From a virus (Duplodnaviria; Caudoviricetes): DNA of 64,000 bases. The stretch is from the IMG/VR virus record IMGVR_UViG_2695420965_000002, positions 444 through 64,443 of that record; one strand, given 5' to 3'. A model generated the notes under the pieces. That model worked only from the letters and a program-made list of their open reading frames with translations, was not told the origin of the DNA and searched no databases. Positions 15,089-25,001 of the stretch are shown piece by piece. Numbering within the stretch: position 1 is the stretch's first letter; every line of letters begins with the position of its first letter. The position numbers were made by a program, and so were the translations under genes.

Positions 15089-15481
15089 TTACGTGGTGCG
15101 GTAGCACTTTCTAGATGAGCAGTCGCCGGTGAATTTCTCGTTCAGCGATCGCAATTCCCGGAGCATCTCAGAGAGCAGGTTGATCGCCGCATCCTGACGG
15201 TATTCGATCTGCGTCAGCCTCGTCTTCACGTCCGCCCCAGCTTCTGCTCTCGACCGCGATTTCCGGGAGCGGATCTCGCGTGCAACTCCCTCCTCGAACC
15301 ACGGAGCCTGTGTCACCGCAATCAGCTTCCGACGACGCTCCGCAGGGATCGCCGTCATCGCGGCGCGTAACAAGGGAAGCCCCGCCAGGTCCGGTCGATC
15401 AGACTGGATATCGACCGCACGGCTGACGATTTTCTCTTTCTCCCGGCTCGTCCAGAACACCTTCGCTCTCTGCGGTGCCAC
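15089..15481 (-). CDS. hypothetical basic protein (possible regulator)
   Basis: stand-alone ORF with GAGG RBS, divergent from the capsid operon. Confidence 0.55.
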   Translation of the reverse strand: MAPQRAKVFWTSREKEKIVSRAVDIQSDRPDLAGLPLLRAAMTAIPAERRRKLIAVTQAPWFEEGVAREIRSRKSRSRAEAGADVKTRLTQIEYRQDAAINLLSEMLRELRSLNEKFTGDCSSRKCYRTT

Positions 15482-15631
15482 GGCTCAACCCCTCATTATT
15501 TCACGTCCGCCATGCGTCTCAAGGGGAGCCCGAAATCACAGGCGGGCAACTGCCATTATCCAGCCTATCCCGCAAGGTCTACCAAGTGCAACCCTTTTGA
15601 TAGTCGTCCGATTTGCATAAAAGCAATAGCA

Positions 15632-15653
15632 TTTATCACCTGTCAGTGATAAA
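15632..15653. promoter_or_regulatory. inverted repeat TTTATCAC-N6-GTGATAAA in the divergent promoter region
   Basis: perfect 8-bp arms in an AT-rich intergenic region. Confidence 0.45.
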
Positions 15654-15781
15654 CGGGGGCCTGGGGGTGCTTGCTTATGTTTTGGGTGAAAACCTGAGTG
15701 TATGCCATCAAATATTGGGTATCTATTAGGTGTATGCAGAATTGTAGGGATACGCTCCGAGAAACCTAAGCAGAGGGTCCG

Positions 15782-16999
15782 ATGCGAAAACGTAAGCGTT
15801 CCTTGTTCGGTGAGTCGAATCTGCTCCGCTGGCGGTTCCGCGACAACGGCCTCGATGGTCTCGGCGGCGGAACCTTAACCCCCGATGGTCCGGCGGTCGA
15901 ACCCGATGTCCCCCCGGTTAATGGTGGACCCGATCGGTCTTACGATTCGCTCGCCAACGCCACGATCGACGTCCCTAATGACACGCCGGCTACTCCTGCC
16001 AGCACGGTCGCACCACTCACTCCAGCCGATCCGAACAACGCCGCTGGTGCTACCCAGGCTACGTCTGCAAGCCAGTGGCGTGGTATCCGGGACGTTGCCC
16101 AGGATCGCGGATTCCGGTTCGATCACACCGTCACTGACGACCAGTCGGCCCTGGAATATCTGCTTCGCCGCGCCGACCAGAACCGCCAGGCGGACTTCTA
16201 CGCGCAGTTGGGCCGGCAGCTTGCTCCCCAGGCTCCGCAGATCCAGAACTACCTCCAACACCAACAGCAGCAGGCACAACCGGCTCAGCCTCAGCGCAAT
16301 CCGTGGGAGGCCCCTGAGTTCGACGAGCGTTGGGTTAGCCTCGTCGAACAGGACCAGGCGACTGGACTCTTTGTCGCCAAGCAGGGCGTTCAGCACGAGA
16401 TCGCCCAGAAGGTCAACGAATTCGTCGCCTGGAAGAAGAATTACGACCGCAATCCCGCCGCCGTGATCAACGGAATGGTGGAGGCGAAGGCGAAAGAGAT
16501 CGCGAAGTCTGAGTTCCAAGAGCAATTCGCGTCGCAGCAGCGAGAACAAACCGTCCAGTCGATCATGGCCGACAACAGCAGGTGGCTGTTCCAGGCTGAC
16601 GCTTCGGGCCAGCGAGCATTCGACTACAACGGCCAACCGATCCTTTCACCGCTCGGGGCCGCTTACCTCGAGCAACTCAAGGTCGTCCGCCAAATGGGTG
16701 TCACTGATCCGCGACACCAGGACAAGCTCGCCAAGGATCTCGTGCGCGGGCAACTCGCCGCCGCCCAATACCAGCAGCAGGGACAACAGCAAGCGCAGGC
16801 GGCAAACCAAGCAACGCAGCAGGCGGTTGCGCAGCCGAACCGGAATCCGCTTCAGGCTCTCCCTTCAGCCCAACGACGAGTCAACCCTGCCGCGACTGAT
16901 CCTAATGAGGCTGGACTCAGCCTGTCGGAGCGGATCATGCGCGACCTTAAGGCAAACGGCGTCACTGACGAAGACATCCGACAATCTGCTGAGGGTTAA
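15782..16999 (+). CDS. probable capsid scaffolding protein
   Basis: Gln/Ala-rich, low-complexity N-terminus, upstream of the capsid gene. Confidence 0.6.
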   Translation: MRKRKRSLFGESNLLRWRFRDNGLDGLGGGTLTPDGPAVEPDVPPVNGGPDRSYDSLANATIDVPNDTPATPASTVAPLTPADPNNAAGATQATSASQWRGIRDVAQDRGFRFDHTVTDDQSALEYLLRRADQNRQADFYAQLGRQLAPQAPQIQNYLQHQQQQAQPAQPQRNPWEAPEFDERWVSLVEQDQATGLFVAKQGVQHEIAQKVNEFVAWKKNYDRNPAAVINGMVEAKAKEIAKSEFQEQFASQQREQTVQSIMADNSRWLFQADASGQRAFDYNGQPILSPLGAAYLEQLKVVRQMGVTDPRHQDKLAKDLVRGQLAAAQYQQQGQQQAQAANQATQQAVAQPNRNPLQALPSAQRRVNPAATDPNEAGLSLSERIMRDLKANGVTDEDIRQSAEG

Positions 17000-17005
17000 T
17001 CAGCT

Positions 17006-17446
17006 ATGTCTGCCAACCAAGACCAATGGAAGAGTCCGTGGGCACTGACCGGCTACGTGTCTCCGCGATACCGCGCCGGCCATCTCTCGAACGCAGCCAG
17101 CACCAGCCGGGCCATGGAACTCTACCGAGAGACCGTAGCCAAAATGCCGTTTCTGGAGCGAATCAAGTTCAAGCTTGAGGCTCGGTTCTATCATCCTGTG
17201 CGCGGACGATTCATGGAGAGGGCCACTGACTCTCTCCATCGGTGGTGGCTCTGGAACGTCGCCGATTCCGAGTGCGAAGGGCTTATGGCTCGCGCCTATC
17301 GGATTCTGGTAAAGCCGGAGACCCGGACTCTATGCAGGGCCACGCGACGAATTCAGGACAGCCTGAAGCTTCGCGGCGAAATTATGGCCAATCTCACCGC
17401 CGAGGGCGTTGAGATTTTCTCTGAGAACGGGCATCCGACTTACTAG
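17006..17446 (+). CDS. hypothetical protein
   Basis: ORF in the operon. Confidence 0.55.
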   Translation: MSANQDQWKSPWALTGYVSPRYRAGHLSNAASTSRAMELYRETVAKMPFLERIKFKLEARFYHPVRGRFMERATDSLHRWWLWNVADSECEGLMARAYRILVKPETRTLCRATRRIQDSLKLRGEIMANLTAEGVEIFSENGHPTY

Positions 17447-17474
17447 GAACACAAATCCTTTATTGTCGATCCTT

Positions 17475-17510
17475 GGGGCGTCCATGAGAAATCTTGGTCG
17501 CCCTTTTTTT
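17475..17510 (+). terminator. possible Rho-independent terminator
   Basis: ggggcg...cgccct hairpin followed by a T run. Confidence 0.45.
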
Positions 17511-17623
17511 ATTGATAAAGGACCACGTTTTGTTGGGTACATATCAGTGGAAGGGGGCCGAGTAGCCCCGATGCTGAAACAGGTTGGGCCATAACTAGGC
17601 CCCACACCTCGGAGGTTACTACA

Positions 17624-18721
17624 GTGGGCGCACCCTGGAGCCGGGTGGTCAATTCGACCATCAAAAAGTTTGTGCGCGAGCGTGAGATTAACATTCTCCG
17701 CAACCGCAAGCTGACCGCGCTGCTGAAGAAGAAGGGAAGGATTTCCTTCAATCACAGCGGTACGAAGATGGACTGGAAAATCAAGTACAAGCGGGTACGG
17801 ATGACCCCGTTTGCCGATGGAGATACCCAAGAGTTCAGCCGGAAGGATCGCAACAAAACGGCCGAACTCGATTGGCGTGGGTATGCGGCCACTGACTCGA
17901 TGACCAAGGGCGAGTTCTTGATGAACCGCAATACCGAGGCCATCGTCAAGCTCTACTCCGAGATCGCGAGCGACCTCACGGACGACATGGAAGACGCCTT
18001 CGGCGAAGAGCTGTACGTAAACGGCTACGCTCCCGGCAACTCGAAGCGCATCCACGGCATCGAGAGCTTCCTGCAGGCGACCGCGAACGCCGGTAACGGA
18101 GCCGCAACCCCGACCGGGCAATTCGCCGGTCTTCAGTGCGCGCCCGGCTACTACGGCGGCTCGTGGGACTCGGGCAACCTGCCCGGCTGGCCCAACGGGC
18201 GCGGTGACGCGCAGTACGACTTCTGGTCGCCGCTGATCGTTGACGTGGGAGACAGTCTGTTCGACACCACGATCCACACGTGGAAGAACAACTGCATCGA
18301 GTCGCTCGCCTTCGGGATCATCAAGACCAAGAAGTCCAAGTCCATCAAGGGACAACTGGACGTGATCATGGTCGATGACGAGATGTACCGGACCTTCATC
18401 AACCAGATCCGGGGCAAGGAGCGCATCAACGTTACCAACGAGAAGAGTCAGCTCATCGCCCTTGGCTTCAATGATGTCACAAACCTGGACGGTACGGACA
18501 TCACGTGGGAGTACGGGATTCCTGGTGGGGCCGGCTACGGTTTCAACTGCGACATGATGGAAATCAAGTCGCAGCAGGCCCAGCTCTTCGTGCCGGAAGG
18601 TCCGGACCAGGACATCGTCAGCAAGTCGTGGCGGTTCTCGGTCGACTTCTTCGGCAACTGCGTCTGGAACCCCAAGTTCTTCTGCAAGTTCATCAACATC
18701 ACTAACCCCGACGAAGTCTAA
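17624..18721 (+). CDS. major capsid protein
   Basis: 365 aa, GGAGG RBS, very strong codon bias, capsid-like motifs (RIHGIESFL, GFNDVTNLDGTDITWE, GNCVWNPK); position after scaffold-like gene. Confidence 0.75.
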   Translation: MGAPWSRVVNSTIKKFVREREINILRNRKLTALLKKKGRISFNHSGTKMDWKIKYKRVRMTPFADGDTQEFSRKDRNKTAELDWRGYAATDSMTKGEFLMNRNTEAIVKLYSEIASDLTDDMEDAFGEELYVNGYAPGNSKRIHGIESFLQATANAGNGAATPTGQFAGLQCAPGYYGGSWDSGNLPGWPNGRGDAQYDFWSPLIVDVGDSLFDTTIHTWKNNCIESLAFGIIKTKKSKSIKGQLDVIMVDDEMYRTFINQIRGKERINVTNEKSQLIALGFNDVTNLDGTDITWEYGIPGGAGYGFNCDMMEIKSQQAQLFVPEGPDQDIVSKSWRFSVDFFGNCVWNPKFFCKFINITNPDEV

Positions 18722-18824
18722 TTCGATCTGGGGCGGACGTGAACCACGTGGGCGAGACGAACGCCCGCTCACTTATACAGCCTAACGTTTTAATCCAGAG
18801 ACGACCCGCATCGGAGATTGACAG

Positions 18825-19439
18825 ATGGTTACTACTGGCGACGCACCTCCGTTTCAGCGCGGCGAGACCTTCTATAATGGCGGGCCCATCGACACGACCG
18901 ACCTCGGTGGCGTCAACTACGAAGGCATGGAGTGGACCTTCACCGACAATGACCCAAGGTCGACCTCGCAGTCAGTTGGTTCAGGCCGTTCGGTTACGGC
19001 GCGTATCACCCGCAACGTGAGCGGCGGCAACCTTAAGGGGGGCCGTCTAGCCCGTTTCAAGGCGGAAGACCCGTATGAGTCTCGCGTTGACGGGTACACA
19101 TTCGCGGTTGGCGACCGGCCCGCCGGTATCATTGACGAGTACCTTCCTTCGGCCGGCGTGCCCAATAACGACCTGTTCTGGCTTGTCATCGACGGCCCGA
19201 CGCAGTTCACTCAGCTTTCTGCGTCGGCCGCAAACCTGGTGATCGGGGACCGACTCGTGCCAGGGGCCGGGACTAGCGCGACGAACGACGACGCTGGCCG
19301 GGTAGCCAAACAGGATGTCACCGGAGCTGCCGCCACGCTGGCGAATAACATTCAGAACTCTGTGGGTTACTCTGGAGCCGTCCAGGCTTCGACCGTGAAC
19401 GCCAAGTTTTCGGGAGTGATCCACCGCTTCGGAAAGTAA
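18825..19439 (+). CDS. probable capsid decoration/cement protein
   Basis: Gly/Ala/Thr-rich, directly after the capsid gene; AGIIDEYLPSAGVPNNDLFWLVIDGP. Confidence 0.6.
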   Translation: MVTTGDAPPFQRGETFYNGGPIDTTDLGGVNYEGMEWTFTDNDPRSTSQSVGSGRSVTARITRNVSGGNLKGGRLARFKAEDPYESRVDGYTFAVGDRPAGIIDEYLPSAGVPNNDLFWLVIDGPTQFTQLSASAANLVIGDRLVPGAGTSATNDDAGRVAKQDVTGAAATLANNIQNSVGYSGAVQASTVNAKFSGVIHRFGK

Positions 19440-19464
19440 GTGTTTTTCGCCGCGAGATCGATCT

Positions 19465-19511
19465 AAGCAGGGGAGAGATGCATTAGCTTCTCTCCCCTGC
19501 TTTCGTTTTTT
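19465..19511 (+). terminator. Rho-independent terminator
   Basis: aagcaggggagag...ctctcccctgctt hairpin plus T run. Confidence 0.75.
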
Positions 19512-19653
19512 GGAAGTTGACTTCAAACCGAAATAAGCCGGAGTGTAAACCGCTTATTAATTCGGTCGTCTAATTGCATGCGAACTATGGTGATCGTGTG
19601 TGGTTATAACGCCACATGTCGACACTCATACTTCTTAAGCTAGGGCAATCACG

Positions 19654-19917
19654 ATGCCAGTGATGGACTCAGCGCGGGCGAGCCGCGCCGCAGCGGCACG
19701 CGCCGGAAAGAACCGAGCTAAAGGCAAGGGGCACCCGACGACGGGGGTCATCGAGTATTCTGGGGATGAGTGGGAGTTCATGCGTGCGATCGAAGATTTT
19801 AAGCGTGTGACGGGCCGCAAGTTCCCAACGTGGGCTGAAGTGTTCCGGGTTCTTTTGAGTCTCGGATACAAGAAGTCAGCAGAAGAGCCCGCACTAAAGG
19901 TTCATAGGGTCGCATAA
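19654..19917 (+). CDS. conserved hypothetical protein of a Planctomycete-typical family
   Basis: [40 protein letters not shown] motif, recalled from Planctomycete proteins. Confidence 0.7.
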   Translation: MPVMDSARASRAAAARAGKNRAKGKGHPTTGVIEYSGDEWEFMRAIEDFKRVTGRKFPTWAEVFRVLLSLGYKKSAEEPALKVHRVA

Positions 19918-19995
19918 GAGGCCACGGAAACGCCGCGAGCCGGGACACACGACGAAGTGCGACCCGGCTCGCCAATGGCCCCTTCAGGACTTGTA

Positions 19996-20928
19996 TCACG
20001 CAGCTTGGTCCTTCTCTTGGAGTTGAGGGTCGATTGGTTTCGTCTTTCGCCGCTTCGGCATCGGGAAGATGACGTCGCTCATGAAGTCCTGGCGGATCAC
20101 AAGCTCTCCGGTGTCAGGGTCGGAGTCGGGACGGAGGCAAAGGAACACACCGCCGATCGGCTTGGGCGGATGGGCTGAACGGGCCGCATACGACTGGTCC
20201 AGGACTTCGTCGTCCTTTAGTTGCCGGTAGTTGCGGTAGTAGCTCGCGGTCTGCAAGTTGAGTTGCCGCCGTTCCACGTACCTACCTTTATCCGACACGT
20301 CCGCAATCTGGTCCGCCGCGCAGACCATGTTGTGTTTGTGGCCGAACGTTAAGCAGTCGTAGACCCAATTGCGGCCCTTCCGGTTGAAATCGATCGTGCC
20401 TTTCGTGACCGGCGAGTCGCCTCCGGTGCCGTGAAGGTACAAGAGTTTATGCTTCGGCCGCTTGCGGTGGCCCGGCACGACGAAGCTCGTCTTAATGTAA
20501 CCCCAGAACGACCCATGCTTGGCCTTGCCGCCCTCTCGGGCAAGCTCTTCCAGCACGCGCCGCACGGGGTCGTTGTACCCGTAGTTGATCCACGTCTCTT
20601 CGTGATTGCCGATCCCGATGATGTCGATGATGTCCTTGAAGGGCATCAGAATCTCCATCGCCATGTCGACGATCGCCTTCGCGAGATCCTTCTTGCGTGC
20701 GACCAGTGGGTGGAGCACGGACAGGTCGAACCGGCGGTCTTTCGGCCCGATCGCGTCGAACATGTCGCCGTTAATGAGCACTCTCGCCCCGACATCCTTG
20801 GCTCGCTGTAACTGCCGCACGATCGCGTCATGATCGGAGCAGGCCGACCCAAGGTGGAAGTCAGAGCAGAGCAGCCTCCAGAACGGCTGACCCAGTTCGG
20901 CGTGCTCTGTGTGGTTAGTGATAATCAC
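19996..20928 (-). CDS. calcineurin-like metallophosphoesterase
   Basis: SDFHLG, NGDMFD, GNHE, LHG, GHKH motifs in order. Confidence 0.88.
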   Translation of the reverse strand: MIITNHTEHAELGQPFWRLLCSDFHLGSACSDHDAIVRQLQRAKDVGARVLINGDMFDAIGPKDRRFDLSVLHPLVARKKDLAKAIVDMAMEILMPFKDIIDIIGIGNHEETWINYGYNDPVRRVLEELAREGGKAKHGSFWGYIKTSFVVPGHRKRPKHKLLYLHGTGGDSPVTKGTIDFNRKGRNWVYDCLTFGHKHNMVCAADQIADVSDKGRYVERRQLNLQTASYYRNYRQLKDDEVLDQSYAARSAHPPKPIGGVFLCLRPDSDPDTGELVIRQDFMSDVIFPMPKRRKTKPIDPQLQEKDQAA

Positions 20929-20974
20929 TTGAGGCGCTCTCCATAGAAGAAATGCGGGGCGATGCACAGCCGGG

Positions 20975-21400
20975 TCACAGGCTGTACTCGAGCACAAGTT
21001 GGACGAAGTAGGGATCGAGGCTCGGCTTGACGCCAGGGACCGATGCCGCGAACTTGCCGTCTTCGTCGGCGGCATTGACGTGGACTGAGCCGCTCGGGGC
21101 CTTCGACTTGAAAAACCATTGGTGCGTACGTTCGCTCTCGGCGGGCACGCTATCGGCCGGCTGAACATAGAAGGCGTAGACGTTAGTCGGGGGCACATCG
21201 CCGGGATTAATCGGCGACAAGAGAACGAGGTTGACGGTTCCCCCTGGCTCAGTAGCAGGGGAACCGAAAACGACCTGTCGCCGGCCGGGAGTAGCCGGCA
21301 CGTCGGGGATTGCGACAGGAAAGGGCTCGAAGACGTTCGTCAGGTAGGGTCCGAGAACGAAGACAGACTTGGGCATTTCGATCTCCTCTGCAGCAGACAT
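20975..21400 (-). CDS. hypothetical protein
   Basis: ORF with GAGG RBS. Confidence 0.65.
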   Translation of the reverse strand: MSAAEEIEMPKSVFVLGPYLTNVFEPFPVAIPDVPATPGRRQVVFGSPATEPGGTVNLVLLSPINPGDVPPTNVYAFYVQPADSVPAESERTHQWFFKSKAPSGSVHVNAADEDGKFAASVPGVKPSLDPYFVQLVLEYSL

Positions 21401-21455
21401 CCTTGCACCTCATTACCACAAGGCTCGAAATGGATCGTAGAAGGTCCGACTCCCC

Positions 21456-21866
21456 TTACGACAGGGGGCCTGCTACGTTTGGGTCGCTCGGCCCGGCAGG
21501 TGCGGGCTGAGGCGAGAAAGGGGCCGAAAAGGTAGCTTCCAGCGAGTCGCCGGCCTGAGATGCGAACTTATGCGCGAGGTTCGCCTCGGTTTCTCGCCGT
21601 TTAGCGAGTGCGAAGTAGACCCCCAGAGTATGGCTGTCCAGCCTCTCTAAAATGAACGCTTCCGAAGCCGAGCAATTGCCGTAGACGGTTCTGGAGACGC
21701 CATTAGCGGCGGCGGGGGCCGAGGCGACGGTGGAGCTTTGGACGGGATACGGGGGCGAGTACCTTTGATTGGGGCCGCTGAGATTCAGGTTCGCGGGAAC
21801 CTTCAGGTATCCCTTCAGGTACAGCACGCAAACGGCGATACCGGCGAGAACAAGGTACGGCATCAT
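21456..21866 (-). CDS. membrane-anchored hypothetical protein
   Basis: N-terminal TM segment YLVLAGIAVCVLYL. Confidence 0.7.
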   Translation of the reverse strand: MMPYLVLAGIAVCVLYLKGYLKVPANLNLSGPNQRYSPPYPVQSSTVASAPAAANGVSRTVYGNCSASEAFILERLDSHTLGVYFALAKRRETEANLAHKFASQAGDSLEATFSAPFSPQPAPAGPSDPNVAGPLS

Positions 21867-21869
21867 GGA

Positions 21870-22802
21870 TCAACCCTCCTTTCGAGGGAGTTTGAGAAGG
21901 AGAATCAAGCCAACCGCTGTCACGCCAATGATTGGCCGATGCTCCTTGGTGAATCCCAGAGGGCAAAGTCCTGCGAGTCCAGTCGCCGGTCCGGGGTCGT
22001 TGGCCGGTTTGTAGCTCGAATCGGCCTTTCGGATCGCTTCCGCGAGGGCTTCCGGTCCCATCGAGTAGTCCAACGCCCTGTAGACTACTCGTCCGCCTTT
22101 TGGGTCGTTCGGCCCTTTTGGGGTCTGGACGAGGATGGTCGGCTTGCCGTTGACGACGTAGCCGAGCTTTGGGTCAACCTGCCATTCGTCAGGAGCGTAA
22201 TCCTGGATCATCAGGTCGCCCTTGATCGAGGCAAACGCCGGATGATTGTTTATGTCATTCACAACCGGAGCGCGATCGTCGTCGGAGCCGATCACTGTCA
22301 CGTGTAGCTTGCCGACGCTCTTCTCGTCGGCAACCGCTTCCGCGACAAATCGCTTAGCTTCCTCGGTTGGTGTGGTGTACTTGGTTTGCCGGTGAAGCTT
22401 CTCGGCGACAACTCCACCAGGGAACGGGTCCGTGATGGCACCGCTCAACCTTGGGTCCACGGCTGGCGTTCTCGGGCGGACGACAACAGGATTGGTTTTG
22501 GCTGCTTTTGAGGCGGCGACTGCTGCTGCGTAGGATCGGCGGTTAAACTCGTCCTTCGTATCCCACGTGACCGTGCCGCGTTCATTCCAGTAACCACGCA
22601 CGTCAAACTTGAGCCCGTTGTCCGTGACGTTGATCGTCCTGATGACGCGGTGAGGCCGGGCCAGGTCGTTAGACGGAATCACCTGCGGCATCGGCATGCT
22701 CGGCAGCGGCGAGAAGATCGGCCCATACCCAGAAGAAGGAATCGGGCAACCTTGTGGTCCGCACTGGCCCAAGGTCGAGAGAAACAGAATCACAGCGTAC
22801 AT
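21870..22802 (-). CDS. secreted/membrane protein
   Basis: start MYAVILFLSTLGQCGPQGCP (signal peptide plus C..GCP), C-terminal TM helix. Confidence 0.7.
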   Translation of the reverse strand: MYAVILFLSTLGQCGPQGCPIPSSGYGPIFSPLPSMPMPQVIPSNDLARPHRVIRTINVTDNGLKFDVRGYWNERGTVTWDTKDEFNRRSYAAAVAASKAAKTNPVVVRPRTPAVDPRLSGAITDPFPGGVVAEKLHRQTKYTTPTEEAKRFVAEAVADEKSVGKLHVTVIGSDDDRAPVVNDINNHPAFASIKGDLMIQDYAPDEWQVDPKLGYVVNGKPTILVQTPKGPNDPKGGRVVYRALDYSMGPEALAEAIRKADSSYKPANDPGPATGLAGLCPLGFTKEHRPIIGVTAVGLILLLKLPRKEG

Positions 22803-22819
22803 CGGTCTGGCCTCCCGTT

Positions 22820-23509
22820 TCAGTTGTGGGGGATCGGCGGCGGACCAGGCACGAGCATGACGTATGCCCATCCCTTTCCGCTCGGGTGAATCCATCGCTT
22901 AAGGAACTCTTTCCGCGACATCCACTCGTAGGTGCCGGGGAAGTTGTTGTCGAGAACTGCGGCCCAATTGGCGTCCAGATGCACAAGGTCGACCATATGG
23001 TGAATGGTCTGCATCTGGTATCGTTCGCCGTACCCTAACGTCACGCCCGGCATGCGGCCTTCAGAGAGGGCTTTGTCGAGAATCGACGGGTCGGTTCCCT
23101 CATACTGGACATAATCCAGCTTGGGGGCGAACTGCTTGAAGACCCGGTCGACCTTCTCCGGGTAGCCACCGCCCTCTTGGATTTTGTGGATGACATTCTG
23201 AAGTTCGCGGACATGGTGCCAGCGAGCAGCCATCGACATCGAGGCGAAGACGCACAGCCCAAGGCCATCGGCCGGCGCACCAAAGTTCTTGATGTGCTGA
23301 GGAACCGGCAGGTCGATCTGGATCTCAACCCCGTTGTGGATCGGGCCGTCAACAACGGCACCATCAGCCCCATAAACAAAGTCACCATAGATGATCCGGC
23401 CGTCGATGATTCGCTTGGGGGCCGGCTTGAGAATCTGGCCGAACGCTGGACTGCCCATCGTGATCGCGGCGATGCTTCTCAGGAAAGTCCGTTTACTGAG
23501 GTGTGGCAT
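22820..23509 (-). CDS. exported papain-fold (C39-like) cysteine peptidase
   Basis: Tat-like SKRTFL signal; GLCVFAS (Cys), HMVDL (His), LDNN (Asp/Asn) triad spacing. Confidence 0.6.
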   Translation of the reverse strand: MPHLSKRTFLRSIAAITMGSPAFGQILKPAPKRIIDGRIIYGDFVYGADGAVVDGPIHNGVEIQIDLPVPQHIKNFGAPADGLGLCVFASMSMAARWHHVRELQNVIHKIQEGGGYPEKVDRVFKQFAPKLDYVQYEGTDPSILDKALSEGRMPGVTLGYGERYQMQTIHHMVDLVHLDANWAAVLDNNFPGTYEWMSRKEFLKRWIHPSGKGWAYVMLVPGPPPIPHN

Positions 23510-23732
23510 CAGACTCTCCTTTAATCACAACCACGCGGGCCTTAGGGGACGGCATAAGCAGGACGGTCACGATGAACCCCATGATGAACCCGTCGAGCAG
23601 TCCACGGCGGTATGCGAGACTGATGGCCGCGTTAACCAGAGAGGCTAGCCTGCCAAACTCGGCCGCAAAGCCCTCGGTCTGCATCAGTTGTGGGAGCGAG
23701 CCCCACATTGCGTTCATTAGGTCTTGGCTCAT
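23493..23732 (-). CDS. small membrane protein
   Basis: GFIMGFIVTVLLM TM segment. Confidence 0.55.
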   Translation of the reverse strand: MSQDLMNAMWGSLPQLMQTEGFAAEFGRLASLVNAAISLAYRRGLLDGFIMGFIVTVLLMPSPKARVVVIKGESDATPQ

Positions 23733-23808
23733 CGTTGTCTCCCGCCTAGATTTACCCAATAAAGCAGCCCCCTACTCCATCAGGGGGATCAAGTTATGTG
23801 CAAATCAT

Positions 23809-24114
23809 CTAACCCATCAACCACTTCATCAGGGCCGGGTTGTCGCGGATCGCCGCAAACAGAACTGAAGCCAATGCGGTGACATCCTTCTCTGAAAGCC
23901 CGGTCCCGACCAGCGTGTCCAGGTCATGGAGGATCTCGTGGACTGCGGTCGCTTTCTGTTGGTCGGGAGCGAGAGCCGAGTCGAGAGTGATCGTGCCGTT
24001 CCAGGGTGAGTGCAGCCCCATCGTGTCCCGGTTCAGCACGGCCGACTTCTCAACGACAAGCCTCACTCTGCGGCCAGAAAGACGCACAGTCTTGGGAATC
24101 GGAAAGCGCTGCAT
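23809..24114 (-). CDS. small HExxH metallopeptidase-like phage protein
   Basis: MGLH...ITLD...TAVHEILH. Confidence 0.7.
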   Translation of the reverse strand: MQRFPIPKTVRLSGRRVRLVVEKSAVLNRDTMGLHSPWNGTITLDSALAPDQQKATAVHEILHDLDTLVGTGLSEKDVTALASVLFAAIRDNPALMKWLMG

Positions 24115-24941
24115 AGCCGCTCCTTAAGTGAGGCCCATCGGCTCGGCTTCTTGATGCCGAGAGGGTTGAGTTCGTAGAAGAGCTTGAGGAATTCACGCTT
24201 CGCCTTACGCGGCGACCAGGGCTTGATCCGCTCGGGGAGATGCTTGTAGCGGAAGTGCCAACCGTCAACCACGGGGTCCATCAGGTCGCGAGCCTCAGTG
24301 CCCAATAGCACCTCGTCCGCATTCTTGATCGCCGGGTGGAACGGGTAGCCATCGGGGAACCCGAAAGCATTTGCGATGTGAACCATCAGCTTGTGCTCGA
24401 TCTCGCGGTAGAAAGCGAACTCGGGTAGCTGTTTGAACGGCCGGGCCAGATCGCAGATGAACGCCTCGGTCGTGTCGTGCATCAGCGCGTGGTATTGAAG
24501 CTCCTCGCTCCAAAATTCGCCGTAAAGCACCCTCTTTAAGCCAAACCAATGTTCCGATCGATCCTGAGCCGGGTGGGTCTCAGCCACTCGCCGAGCCACC
24601 CTGACTGAGTGCTCAGCAACCGAGTAGAACTCAGAGACGTGCCCATTGAAGCGGCACATGTGCGCGAGAGCGTGGGCGATGTCCTCGATCCTGAAGTCTT
24701 CCGGCCTCGGATCGAGCAGGTGGAACTTGACGCCGGTTCGCGTCTGAATCCAGTCGCCGATCCGCTTCTGGCCCCAAGGATCGACGTTGACGGCACCGTA
24801 GACTGCGGGCTTCCCAGAGTCTTCAATGAACTCGGTGTGGGCGGCTTCCGCCTTCTCGGCATCGGACGCAGCTATCTCGGAGAGCGCTTTCCTGCGATTG
24901 AAATCGTTGATCTGGCGTTCGGTGCGATTAATAAAAAACAT
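24063..24941 (-). CDS. HD-domain 5'-deoxynucleotidase (YfbR-like)
   Basis: IEDIAHALA..CRFNGH...YSVAEHS...ALMHD..EAFICD...IKNAD. Confidence 0.88.
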   Translation of the reverse strand: MFFINRTERQINDFNRRKALSEIAASDAEKAEAAHTEFIEDSGKPAVYGAVNVDPWGQKRIGDWIQTRTGVKFHLLDPRPEDFRIEDIAHALAHMCRFNGHVSEFYSVAEHSVRVARRVAETHPAQDRSEHWFGLKRVLYGEFWSEELQYHALMHDTTEAFICDLARPFKQLPEFAFYREIEHKLMVHIANAFGFPDGYPFHPAIKNADEVLLGTEARDLMDPVVDGWHFRYKHLPERIKPWSPRKAKREFLKLFYELNPLGIKKPSRWASLKERLCSAFRFPRLCVFLAAE

Positions 24942-25001
24942 CAGTGGATTCCTTGGTGAAGTTGCGACGGCCCGGTCACAAGACCGGGTCGTCGTTCGTG
25001 G

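Noticed and set aside
15632-15653. dif/Xer site
   Set aside because: The 6-bp spacer fits, but the arms do not match XerC/XerD consensus and no tyrosine recombinase is seen
17330-18772. Long antisense ORFs (17330..18772 minus, 32680..33558 plus, 12997..13824 plus)
   Set aside because: They are shadow frames of strongly GC3-biased genes on the opposite strand
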